From: Azolla caroliniana
Lineage: Eukaryota; Plantae; Polypodiophyta
Assembly (NCBI GenBank): GCA_043228905.1
Contig: JBHGNT010000002.1
Span: forward strand, 19,530,001-19,594,000
Length of the DNA stretch: 64,000 nucleotides
Reading direction: 5' to 3'
A model generated the notes under the pieces. The model was not told the DNA's origin. It made no database searches and saw only the letters and a list, made by a program, of their open reading frames with translations. Numbering within the stretch: the stretch's first letter is position 1; the number at the start of each line of letters is the position of its first letter. The position numbers and the translations under genes were made by a program. Shown here in pieces: positions 50,888-61,248 of the stretch.

Positions 50888-53800
50888 GTCCAGCCAAAAT
50901 AGGAGCCGTTTGGTTGGACAGCCCTAGATCTGTGCAGCCCATTAGTGGTTCCATTCCCTCTAAGCAAGTTAGTGATGTGTTCGTAGCCCAAGTAGCAGTT
51001 AGTACTAAAAGTACCCCTCCAGTACATACCTTAGCCCTTCTAGATTCCGGAGCTAATTCTTGCTTCATGGATAGGAATTTTGCCCGAGCTCATCAGATAT
51101 CTCTCAGAAAGCTCCCATGTCCAGCCTCAGTAGTAGTCATTGATGGTCGTCCCATTGCTTCTGGTAATATCATAGAAGAGTCGGAACCCGTTAATATTGT
51201 CCTAGATAACTTAACATGTGTAGTATCATTTAATATTATTAGTATTCCAGAACATCCCATAGTTTTAGGATTACCATGGTTCGAGTTACATAACCCAGAC
51301 ATAGATTGGAGGACAAGGGAAATCCAGTTGCGACAAACCCAAGGATCTACCCAGAAGGTTGCAACCATTTCGCTACGTCAGTTGCGTGAGGAAGGGCGCA
51401 AGGAGGAAATGTTTCTCTTCGCAATATCAGTACAACCCTCCAGCACCACCAAAGATGAGTCCACCGTTCAACTTCCCGAGAAGTATCATCAGTATGCTGA
51501 TGTGTTCGATAAAGTACAAGCCAACACACTTCCTCATCATCGGCCGTACGATTGCGCCATCGACTTACAACCGGGAAAAGAGCCGCCATGGGGGCCGATC
51601 TACAATTTGTCACCAACCGAGCTAGAAGTCCTTCGAGCCTATATAGAGGAGAATTTGGAGAACGGTTTCATTCGGCATTCGAAATCTCCAGCCGGCGCAC
51701 CCATTTTCTTCGTCAAGAAAAAAGATGGCTCGCTTCGACTCGTTGTAGATTACCGTGGCTTGAATAAGGTCACAGTAAGAAATAGGTATGCTCTTCCCCT
51801 TATCTCAAGTCTTTTAGAACGGATCAACGGTGCCCGGTTCTTCACGAAGATCGACTTACGAGGAGCCTATAACCTCGTACGGATCCGACCAGGAGATGAA
51901 TGGAAGACCGCGTTTCGCACCAGATATGGGCACTTCGAGTATACGGTCATGCCGTTCGGACTCACTAATGCGCCGACAGTCTTCCAGCACATGGCGAATG
52001 ATATATTTCGAGATCTCTTGGATGATTTTTTGATCATCTATTTGGATGATCTACTGGTTTATTCAAAGACCCAAGAAGAACATGATTCTCATGTACTATT
52101 AGTACTAAAACGACTTCGAGAACATGGTCTGTATGCAAAGTTAGAGAAATGTAGTTTCGGGTGCAACCAAGTGGAGTTTCTCGGCTATGTCATCTCCTCA
52201 GAAGGCATATCTATGGACCCAGCCAAGGTCAAAATGGTGATAGAATGGCACACTCCGCGTTCGGTGCGGGATGTGCAATGCTTCCTAGGCTTTGCAAATT
52301 TTTACCGGAAGTTCATACAAAATTACTCAAAAATTGTGCTGCCTCTCACACAGCTCACCAGGAAGGGACAATCATTCATCTGGTCTAAAGAGACGGACAT
52401 GGCTTTCGAGAGTCTTAAGAAGGCGTTTACATCAGCTCCAATTTTAGGTCATGTGGATCCGGAAAAACCATTCATTATCGAAGCTGACGCATCGGATTTC
52501 CCATTGGGGAGCATTCTGTCACAACAAGGTAACGACGAGAAGCTACATCCTGTGGCTTTCCACTCCCGTAAGTTTGACGCCGCCGAAATCAACTACGAAA
52601 TTCATGATAAAGAGCTATTAGCAATAGTTGATTCTTTTATGCAATGGAGGCATTTCCTGGAGGGATCTCCTCATCAGGTCACTGTATTCAGTGACCACAA
52701 GAACCTTGCCTACTTTCAAGATGCTCGTGTACTGAATCGACGTCAAGCTCGGTGGGCCCACTTCCTCACACGCTTCGACTTCAAAATTACATATCGTCCG
52801 GGGAAGCACCAAGGGAAGGCAGATGCATTATCACGGCGTTCGTATCTAACACCACGTCCCGGTGAGCCAGCTTTCGATAACCAGAAGCAAGTAATCTTGG
52901 GTCCAGCACGACTGCAAGCAGCACAGGTCTTTGACATGCCCGTGGATTCCGACATTACCAATACTATACGTGAGGACTTGAAGACTGACGCTTTCGCCCA
53001 AGCTATACTAGCACAAATTGACCCCTCTCGAGCGTCATGTTCACAATCACAATCACCAGGTACGGATTATCGGCAATTCAAATACTGTGATGGATTACTC
53101 TTCTTTAAAGAACTTTTGTATGTTCCTAATGGTTCTTGCCGCCTTCGAGTAGTACAAAACTGCCATGACACATATACAGCAGGACATTTTGGTAGTACTA
53201 AAACATTAGATTTAGTACAACGATCATTCTGGTGGCCCCGTATGCGACAATTTGTCGAAGATTTTGTTCGGACTTGCGATACATGCTGCAGAGCGAAAAT
53301 GCCAAGACATCATCCATATGGTTTATTAGAACCATTACCAATTCCAAGCAAGCCATGGCAATCCATTGCTCTTGACTTCATTACAGATCTTCCAGTCTCT
53401 AAGGGATTCAGTGCGATTCTCACAGTGGTGGATCGATATACGAAGATGGCTCATTTCTTACCATGTACTAAAGAAATATCTAGTGAAGACACCGCCGAAA
53501 TTGTCATGCGGGAAGTATGTCGGCATCATGGACTCCCTGATAATATCATCAGCGATCGTGGACCCCAGTTTGTGTCAAAATTCTGGAAGCACCTTTTTAA
53601 AATGCTGAAGGTCACTTGTAACCTCTCCTCCGGCTACCACCCACAAACCGACGGTCAAGCCGAACGAACAAATCAGACACTGGAGCAGTATCTGCGGTGC
53701 TTTCTCAACTATCATCAGAATGACTGGGCAGATATTCTTCAGTTCGCCGAATTTGCCTATAATAACGCTATCCACGCATCGACTAAAGTCACGCCATTCT

Positions 53801-54471
53801 ACGCTTATACAGGATATCATCCCCGGTGGTGTGTCCTTGAAACCCCAGAAGTGTCCACAAATCCTTGCGCGGAGGATCGTTTGGAGCGGTTACGCAAGAT
53901 ACAAGCGGATTTATCTACTCAACTCCAGCAAGCTCAACAATCACACAAGGACTACGCAGATCGTCATCGACTTCCATCCAGTTTTAACATTGGAGATCGG
54001 GTGTGGCTGCTACGACGACACATCAAGACTACTCGCCCATGTGAGAAGTTGGATTATCGGCGATTAGGTCCTTTCCGTATTATCGGGAAGATTAATGATG
54101 TCGCTTTTCGTCTCGAGCTACCTCCGCAACTTCGGATACATCCGGTGTTTCATAGTTCTCTCCTCGAACCCTATCACGAGAGCACTATCCCAGGACGTAC
54201 TATACAACCACCACCTCCTATCGAGCTCGAAGATGGACCTGAGTATGAGGTCGCTGCCATCCTCGATTCCAAGATTGTTCGCAACAAGCTCTACTATCTA
54301 GTCGATTGGCTAGGATATAGTCCCAGCGAGCGTACTTGGGAACCGATCGAGAATGTGACCAATGCTCGTGCTCTTCTAGAAGACTTCCATCGACGATATC
54401 CCGAGAAACCGGGTCCTCAATCCAAAACGACTCGTGGAACTCGTCGTTTTAAAGGGGGGATAGTGTCATAA
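50860..54471 (+). CDS. pol: Pol of element C (protease, RT, RNase H, integrase, chromodomain), -1 frame relative to gag
   Basis: Frame open from 50860 to 54471. Motifs ALLDSGA, LRLVVDYRGLN, YLDD, EADASD, DHKNL, GHFG..CDTC, DFITDLP, QTDGQAER, LGPF and chromodomain YEVAAILD..YLVDWLGY..RTWEP. Confidence 0.95.
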   Translation, partial: PIRRRVKRLSPAKIGAVWLDSPRSVQPISGSIPSKQVSDVFVAQVAVSTKSTPPVHTLALLDSGANSCFMDRNFARAHQISLRKLPCPASVVVIDGRPIASGNIIEESEPVNIVLDNLTCVVSFNIISIPEHPIVLGLPWFELHNPDIDWRTREIQLRQTQGSTQKVATISLRQLREEGRKEEMFLFAISVQPSSTTKDESTVQLPEKYHQYADVFDKVQANTLPHHRPYDCAIDLQPGKEPPWGPIYNLSPTELEVLRAYIEENLENGFIRHSKSPAGAPIFFVKKKDGSLRLVVDYRGLNKVTVRNRYALPLISSLLERINGARFFTKIDLRGAYNLVRIRPGDEWKTAFRTRYGHFEYTVMPFGLTNAPTVFQHMANDIFRDLLDDFLIIYLDDLLVYSKTQEEHDSHVLLVLKRLREHGLYAKLEKCSFGCNQVEFLGYVISSEGISMDPAKVKMVIEWHTPRSVRDVQCFLGFANFYRKFIQNYSKIVLPLTQLTRKGQSFIWSKETDMAFESLKKAFTSAPILGHVDPEKPFIIEADASDFPLGSILSQQGNDEKLHPVAFHSRKFDAAEINYEIHDKELLAIVDSFMQWRHFLEGSPHQVTVFSDHKNLAYFQDARVLNRRQARWAHFLTRFDFKITYRPGKHQGKADALSRRSYLTPRPGEPAFDNQKQVILGPARLQAAQVFDMPVDSDITNTIREDLKTDAFAQAILAQIDPSRASCSQSQSPGTDYRQFKYCDGLLFFKELLYVPNGSCRLRVVQNCHDTYTAGHFGSTKTLDLVQRSFWWPRMRQFVEDFVRTCDTCCRAKMPRHHPYGLLEPLPIPSKPWQSIALDFITDLPVSKGFSAILTVVDRYTKMAHFLPCTKEISSEDTAEIVMREVCRHHGLPDNIISDRGPQFVSKFWKHLFKMLKVTCNLSSGYHPQTDGQAERTNQTLEQYLRCFLNYHQNDWADILQFAEFAYNNAIHASTKVTPFYAYTGYHPRWCVLETPEVSTNPCAEDRLERLRKIQADLSTQLQQAQQSHKDYADRHRLPSSFNIGDRVWLLRRHIKTTRPCEKLDYRRLGPFRIIGKINDVAFRLELPPQLRIHPVFHSSLLEPYHESTIPGRTIQPPPPIELEDGPEYEVAAILDSKIVRNKLYYLVDWLGYSPSERTWEPIENVTNARALLEDFHRRYPEKPGPQSKTTRGTRRFKGGIVS

Positions 54472-54753
54472 CTAGACTCGAACCCATAACCTTTTGTTAC
54501 ACGGGTCGAGACTTTACCATTAGGTTATGAATTGTAATTTGAAGGATATTATTTTCATTTAGGTTTTATTAGGAAATTGATGTATATTCCAGATTTCTCT
54601 GGAACATTCTAGAAACTTCAGGAGTATTCCTGAAGACACTATAAAAGGAGGCGCAAGGCATTAGTTCGAACCAAATCGGTTCAACGCCAGTCTTAAGCCT
54701 TCTAACTACTGTTGTATATCTTCCTTCATATAATACATATATCTTTCGCATCA

Positions 54754-54791
<38 letters not shown>

Positions 54792-55770
54792 ACTCATTCC
54801 TTCTCTCAAAGTTCGACACCTCTCATAGTACTAATCCTTCTCTGTCTTAGTACTATTCCCCAACAATAGTACTAATCCTTCTTTTAGTACTAATTCCTTC
54901 TCTGCCTTAATAGAGTTCCTGACAGGTAGAAGAGAAGCGGGTGGGGAAAACCGGAACGACCGGGCCCTCACAACGATACGAGACCCGGTTTGGGCAACAA
55001 CGGAACGAGGCCGGCGGGTCCAGTGCGCAAGATAACCCCAGGAAGGGCGGATACCGACTGGGGACGGAAATAGAGAGGACCACGGACCTGCGGAAGGTCC
55101 TAGAAGAACGGATCCTCGACAGCAAGGTGGAGCTGTCATTATGGGAAGTGCTAGGAATCGCCAGGAAGGAGTTCCACGACTCCATCGTGGACTTGGTGAA
55201 GCGGAAGAGGCTGTCAACGGAGGTAGAACCGGAAAGACCGGTAGAGGTGCGGACGACGCACCTAGACGACATGTCGCTGGAAGATGAGTGGGCGGAGAGC
55301 CACTATTCGAGGCCACACTGGGCCCGAGCAACCACGGAAACCCCGGTGAAGATCGGAGATGTCCAGGAACGGGTGGTAGCTTTGGTGGACCACGGTTCGG
55401 AGATCAACCTAATGTCCATGGACTTCTACAAGAAGGGCAAATGGCCGATCAACACCAAGCACGGGTGGAAGATACGGGCGGCGACGCGCGCCACCAAGGA
55501 ACTGCACGGGGCCTGCCCGAACGTACGGGTCAAGATCGGCGACGTTGAGATTGACCAGCACTTCTTCGTACAGGAGACGTCCTCGCATCCGGTAATATTG
55601 GGAGAGCCGTACATCACGGCGGCGCGAATGGAGACCAAGGTGCTGAATAACGGTTCGGCCTATGCAAGGGTCAAAAGCCAGGACGGGCGCCGTTCGGTCC
55701 AGTTTCAGACGGTACGGCCGAACCACGAACGTAACCGCGACTCCCTCGGTTCCGAAAACCGAGAGGATTT

Positions 55771-58700
55771 TTAGAGAGGACTGCCAAGGCGTGGGGCCGC
55801 GACAGTCCGGATGCTCCGGAAAAACCTCACATCTGTACGATAAGACCGTGTACAATAGGTAGGAAATTTTGCTTCTCCGACAGCGGAGCATGTACGATAG
55901 TCGGCATCGCCGGCCGAGAGAAGACAAAGACGGAGGGGAGACTTCGAGCGTGCGGAGTTCTCGGCCCTGACGAGGAAATCAACGGAGCCGTGGAGGCGGT
56001 CTCCTTCGACGACACCTTGGGAATGCTGGGGAAGGTAGTTGAAGAAGACCTTAACGAAGACCGGACGATACCGGTATGTTCCGAAGAGATGTACGAAGCC
56101 ATCGCGGACTTTGGTCGGGGGCTCGAGTCGGATCGGACGGCCCGAGTAAGCACCAAGTACAAGACTGTGGACCGGAAGGTAAGGCCAGTCGCGGTACCCT
56201 TACCGGAGGGCAGCGAGTCGCGAATCAAAGGGGTTGCATCGGACCCCAGTTTACGAGATCCGGCCTGCATAGGACACACCTTCACCAACGAGACGCTCCG
56301 GGAGCTCAAAATCGGTGGGGGCGGGTTCCTACTACCGGCGGAGGAAGACCGGTTTCGGAGAATGCTCGGAAGGCACGGGAAAGCCTTCGCATTCTCACCG
56401 GAGGAAATCGGGTGCGTAGACCCGACGATCGTAGAGCCGATGGTGATATTCACGGTACCGCATGTACCGTGGAATCTCAAGCCAATTCCGGTTCCGAGAG
56501 CTCACATCCCGAAATTGATGGAGCTGTTGAAGCAGAAAGTTGATATGGGCATTCTCGAGCCGTTGAGCGGCCCGTATTCAAACCGATGGTTTACCGTACC
56601 AAAGAAAAACGGATCATTGCGCTTCATTCAGGACCTGCAACCGGTCAATAGGGTGACCATTCGGAACGCAGGGATCGGACCGACCATAGACGAGTTCGCG
56701 GAGGCCTTCGCCGGAAGGTCGATTTACTCGGTCGGTGATCTATACTCAGGGTATGACCAGTTCCAGCTAGCCGTGGAGAGCAGAGACATTACGACGATGC
56801 GAACTCCCCTCGGCCTAGTGCGGATGTGTACGCTGCCGCAAGGAGGGACCAACTCGGTGGCCCACATGGTGAATGCGATGAACAAGGTTCTGAGGGACTG
56901 CATCCCGGACATCACCATGCCGTTTCTGGACGACATCCCGATCAAGGGATGCCCGGTAGCAGAGAAGGACGAGACGATCGGGGCCGGACGGATGCCGGCG
57001 ATTCGTGGCGACGCACATCGACGACTGCGAGAAGGTGCTGCAAAGGCTAGAGGATGCAAGGCTCACCTTCTCGGGGGAGAAATCAGCCTTCGGGCAGTCG
57101 GAAATCATGGTGGTCGGACACTTATGTGGGCCATATGGCCGGAAACCGTCTCCGGCAAAGGTAGAAGCCATCTCCGCGATGAAGCCCGACTTCAGCTCGG
57201 TCACGGAAGTACGAAGATTCTTGGGAGCATGCGCGTTCTACCACATATGGATCCGAGCCGCTGTACGGGCTGCTGAAGAAAGGGCGAAGGTTCGAATGGC
57301 TTGACGAGCACACGGAGTCGGTCCGGAAGCTGAAGGAGGCTCTTTCGGCAGCACCGGCGCTCTGGAAGGCCTTCTACAAGAAGGGCACCCCAGTATACAT
57401 AACGGTTGACACGAGTCCGACCGGAATCGGGTGGGTCGTCAACCAACAAGACGAGGATGGCAATCGGTTTCCGATCCGATTCGGCGCGAAAGTCCTCAGT
57501 GAGCGGCAGCGAGGATACGCCCAGGTTAAACGCGAACTCTGGGGTATCGTTTCGGCGGTAAAGGCCGACAAAGACTATCTGATCGGGACAAAAGTGATTA
57601 TCGAGACGGATTGCCTGCCAATTCTCGGCATGGTTTCCGGATGCGCGACACCGGACCTGGCGATGCTCAGGTGGATAGCGTACATCAAGTCCCTGGACCC
57701 GGAAATACGACACATTTCCGGAAAAGACAACGCCATGGCCGACATGCTTTCGAGGGCGAGGTTCGATGACGAGGGCGGCATGGTTTCGGAGGACGAAGAG
57801 GTCGGCGTGGACTTCTTCGAGGCAGCATACGTAACAACAGACGGGACGAGCACTCCGGCACTTAACGACTTCGACGCGAGCAAGTACGACGGGGAGTGGC
57901 TGCGGATCGGCGGGTTCTTGAGGACAATGGCGCCGGATGCGTCATGGACGAAAGACAAGGCCAACCGGATCCGGAAGAAAGCGTACCGGTTCTTTCTCCG
58001 GGATGGCTATCTATGGAAACACCCGAAGAAGAGGAGCGGCGTCCCGCTCCGGGTGGTGGCGATGAAGGAAGAACAGGAGGAGCTGCTGGCGGCCTACCAC
58101 GACAGCCCTTGGGCTGGACACCGTGGAACGTGGGCCACGTTCGAGACACTAAAGGGGAAGTACTGGTGGCTGGGATTGTACCGGGACGTGCGTCGGTTCG
58201 TGACGACTTGCGAAAACTGTCAGATGCACTCCGTAGTCCGACACCGGGACGAGCTTCACCCTACGTACCCTCCGACCATCCACTTCAAATGGATGGTAGA
58301 TCTGGTGACGATGCCAATGGGGGTAGGACAGATGCGGTATCTGGTCCTAGCACGGGAGGATCTGACGAACCAGGTGGAAGGCCGAGCCCTTCAGAACAAA
58401 ACGACCGCGGCCGTATGTCGGTTCCTAATCGAGGACGTGATATGCCGGTACGGGTGCGTCGGGAAGATCGTGGCTGATCGAGGGGAGTTGGACGCCGAAG
58501 AAGCCGCGGAGCTGTTCGACCGGTTGGGAGTCAAGCTCTCGCTCACCACTGCGTACAATCCGGAGGCGAATGGAAAGGTGGAGCGCGGACACGGGCCGAT
58601 CGTCAAGGCGCTGGTTCGGGCATGCGGAGGCCAAGTCGGTAACTGGCCGCGGCTGCTACCTTATGCTTTGTGGGCAGACCGGACTACGCACAGTTCGGTA

Positions 58701-59234
58701 ACCGGGTACATGCCGACGGAGCTCATGTTCGGCCAAAAGCCGATCATGCCGATGGAACGGACGATCTCCTCATGGGCAACGGTCGACTGGAGGGACGAGA
58801 TGAGCCGGGAGGAGTTGTTGGCCGCGCGTATACAACAACTCGAGCGGAGACCGGAGGACGTGGAGCTGGCTGCGGAGAAGCTCCGGGTGGCGAGGACAAA
58901 GAACAAAGCCAGGTTCGACCGGACGCACCGGCTCCGACCGAAGAAGATCGAGGAAGGTGACTGGGTGCTCGTCTACGACAACAGCCTCGACAACCAGCAC
59001 CGGGCTACACGGAAGTTCGCGCGGAGATGGTTTGGGCCGTACGCGGTACAAAGCGCCAACGACAACGGGACGTATCACCTGGCGGAACTCGACGGCACGA
59101 GAATGGCGATACCCGTGGCTGGAAAGAGGATCAAAGCCTTCAAGAAGCGACACGACGACGAGCCAGACCCGGTTCTCCTAGACAGCAGCGACGACCGGTC
59201 CGAGACCGAGGAAGGACCGATGGGCGAAGAGTGA
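55771..59234 (+). pseudogene. Element B pol (RT, RNase H, integrase), frameshifted
   Basis: KKNGSLRFIQDLQPVN, DLYSGYDQ, LPQGGTNS, PFLDD, VRRFLGAC, ITVDTSPTGIG, ETDCLP, integrase H...GH...CENCQ, WMVDLV, VADRGE, YNPEANGKVERGH and WFGPY. Frameshifts near 56990 and 57255. Confidence 0.88.
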
Positions 59235-60914
59235 AGGCGGGCCGGTTTTCTCCGTCCCAACTTAATTTGGCGCATGCCGGTGGATGCGCGGTTAGGTGGG
59301 GGCGGATGTCATGAAGAAAACCGTCCAAGGGTGGAATTGGGGCACCAAGGCGTGGGAACCGGCTCTTCACGCACGTGCGCGCCAAGTTGTACATAGAGGC
59401 GAATTAGGTGCCTAGGAGGATGGAAGTGGTTAGATACGGTAGGTGGGGATTTAATGCCGAACGGCTCCTTCTTGACCGATAAAAGGAGGAGGACGGGGAG
59501 GAAGAAAGGATCGCGCGGAGAGGACGAAGTGCGGGCGGACCGATTCTGGACGCTTCTCTCTGTTCTCCTTCCCTTTTTCTCCATAGCTTTTCCTGTGCAG
59601 GTTTTCGAGGAGGCTCGCGCTGTTTCGAGGAACGCCCGAGTGCTTCCGGCAGCACCTCCGACCTGCTCCCTTTTGTGCGACGCAGCGAACAGGCATCGGC
59701 ATCTGTTCGCCGGCTTGTTCGGTTGTAACCATCCTGTGCCCCATCGCGGGTTGTAGCTTCTTGATCAGATATTTGCTCATATATATATACATATATATTC
59801 ATTTGTTTGCGTCTACCTGTGTCGGCGTCTATTCGCGTTCTCTGTGTTGAAGGGCCGTGTCCCTGTGTATCCCCGGTCCCGCGTAACCGGTCCTCTCTCT
59901 TTCTCCACCCTCGCTTGCTCTTCGGTTCAAGACCCCCGCGGTCCCGCCTCGTTTCTATACGCACTTGCGTAATATCGCGACACCGGATAGTTGGGACCAG
60001 CGGTTTCGGGCGTGTCAGTCCGAAACCCCGGTCATTGGAGAAACGAGCCAAGACGGGCTTTGCGCGATCGGTAAGACGACAACCGCCGACCACGAAGAGT
60101 CGGTGGCTACGGACAAGGGCGAAAAACGGACGAGCGATTCTTTGTGTCTTCCCACACTTGCTCCCGATACGATGGCAGTCGGGCCCGAGTGCCCACGTGA
60201 GTCCCGAGCGGAGGAAGGCAGCGGCGAAAGGCCAAGAATCACCGGCGAGACGTTACGGGGAAGGAATGGACGAATGCCCACGGACCCAGTTCCGGAGAAC
60301 TCGGCATTTGGGCCCGGATGCCCATGTAAGACCGAGGAGATGGATGGCGGTACCGAGGAGTCCTGGCACGATGCCAGCGAAGACGGATGGGAAACGGCCT
60401 GCGAGGAGGCCGAGGATGGATGCGGCACGAGGAGATCGGCATTCCGATACGGGTGGAGCGTAATCCGGTCGTGGATTGTTCGATCGGGGCCGGATTCGGC
60501 ATGAAAGTGCTGATACGGAAGGGGGTGCGGGACGAGCCGCCCTCTTTTACATGGGGAGAAAGACCGACCGGGCGAAGGTCGAGATTTGGAAAGAGAATGA
60601 AAGCCGGTCCTATGGGATTCCTTACACCGATCCGGCTGCAGACCTGAGTGCCGGCGTGAGTCCTATAAGAGAGATCGGTGGCGACAGGGGAATGGGACTC
60701 GGCAATCCGGAGAAGGACGAACGGACCTAGACGAGAACCGGGCGGAGCGGACTCCCGGATGACCATTCTGGGAGGGAGGAAGAGAGCAGGCCTACGAAAA
60801 GGCCGAGGACACGGTACGTCGGTACCACGGGAGAGGGTGCGGAGTAAACCACCGTCTCGGCATGCGGAAAAGGACGACCCGGGACAGGGTCAAGAAGGCG
60901 ATGAACGCCCAAGG

Positions 60915-61248
60915 AGGATCCTTCACACCGGTTCTAGAGACTCCTGCAGTTGGCAACGCGGTCGACGTAAGACCAAGATACTGATGGTGGCGGTGAGGTG
61001 ACGAAGGCGAGGACTACGGATCGGCGGTCTACGGAGGATCCTTCACACCGGTTCTAGAGACTTCGGCAGTCAGCAACGCGGTTGACGTAAGACCAAGATA
61101 CTGACGGTGGCGGCGAGGTGACGAAGGCGAGGTCTACGGATCGGCGGTCTACGGAGGATCCTTCACACCGGTTCTAGAGACTTCGGCAGTCGGCAACGCG
61201 GTCGACGTAAGACCAAGATACTGACGATGGCGGCGAGGTGACGAAGGC
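60915..61248 (+). repeat. Tandem repeat, ~120-bp unit x ~2.8, inside element A
   Basis: Unit GGAGGATCCTTCACACCGGTTCTAGAGACT..GCAGT..GCAACGCGGTCGACGTAAGACCAAGATACTGA.GGTGGCGG.GAGGTGACGAAGGC... Confidence 0.9.

Larger units (their letters stand above)
49146..54924 (+). mobile_element. Element C: intact Tcn1-like chromovirus (Ty3/Gypsy), very recent insertion
   Basis: LTRs 49146-49614 and 54464-54924 (TGTCA...TGACA) look identical except for 4 CT units. 5-bp TSD GGTAG at 49141-49145 and 54925-54929. PPT AAAGGGGGGATAG. gag and pol are uninterrupted. Confidence 0.97.
47899..55774 (+). pseudogene. Element B gag-protease ORF, interrupted by C (49146-54924) and by a 35-nt deletion at ~49120
   Basis: gag with zinc knuckle CMWCDEVGHIRKDC. 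After C it continues VEEKRVGK...ALVDHGSEINLMS (aspartic protease)...VILGEPY...REDF*. Confidence 0.8.
47180..59982 (+). mobile_element. Element B: full-length non-chromovirus Gypsy (possibly Phygy/Selgy-like) with tRNA-Trp PBS and 4-bp TSD CCGG; hosts C
   Basis: 676-bp LTRs at 47180-47855 and 59307-59982 (about 7 C/T differences by eye). PBS TGGTGAACCCGACGTGA at 47859-47875 is the complement of the plant tRNA-Trp 3' end. TSD CCGG at 47176-47179 and 59983-59986. Order gag-PR-RT-RH-INT with no chromodomain. Confidence 0.92.
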
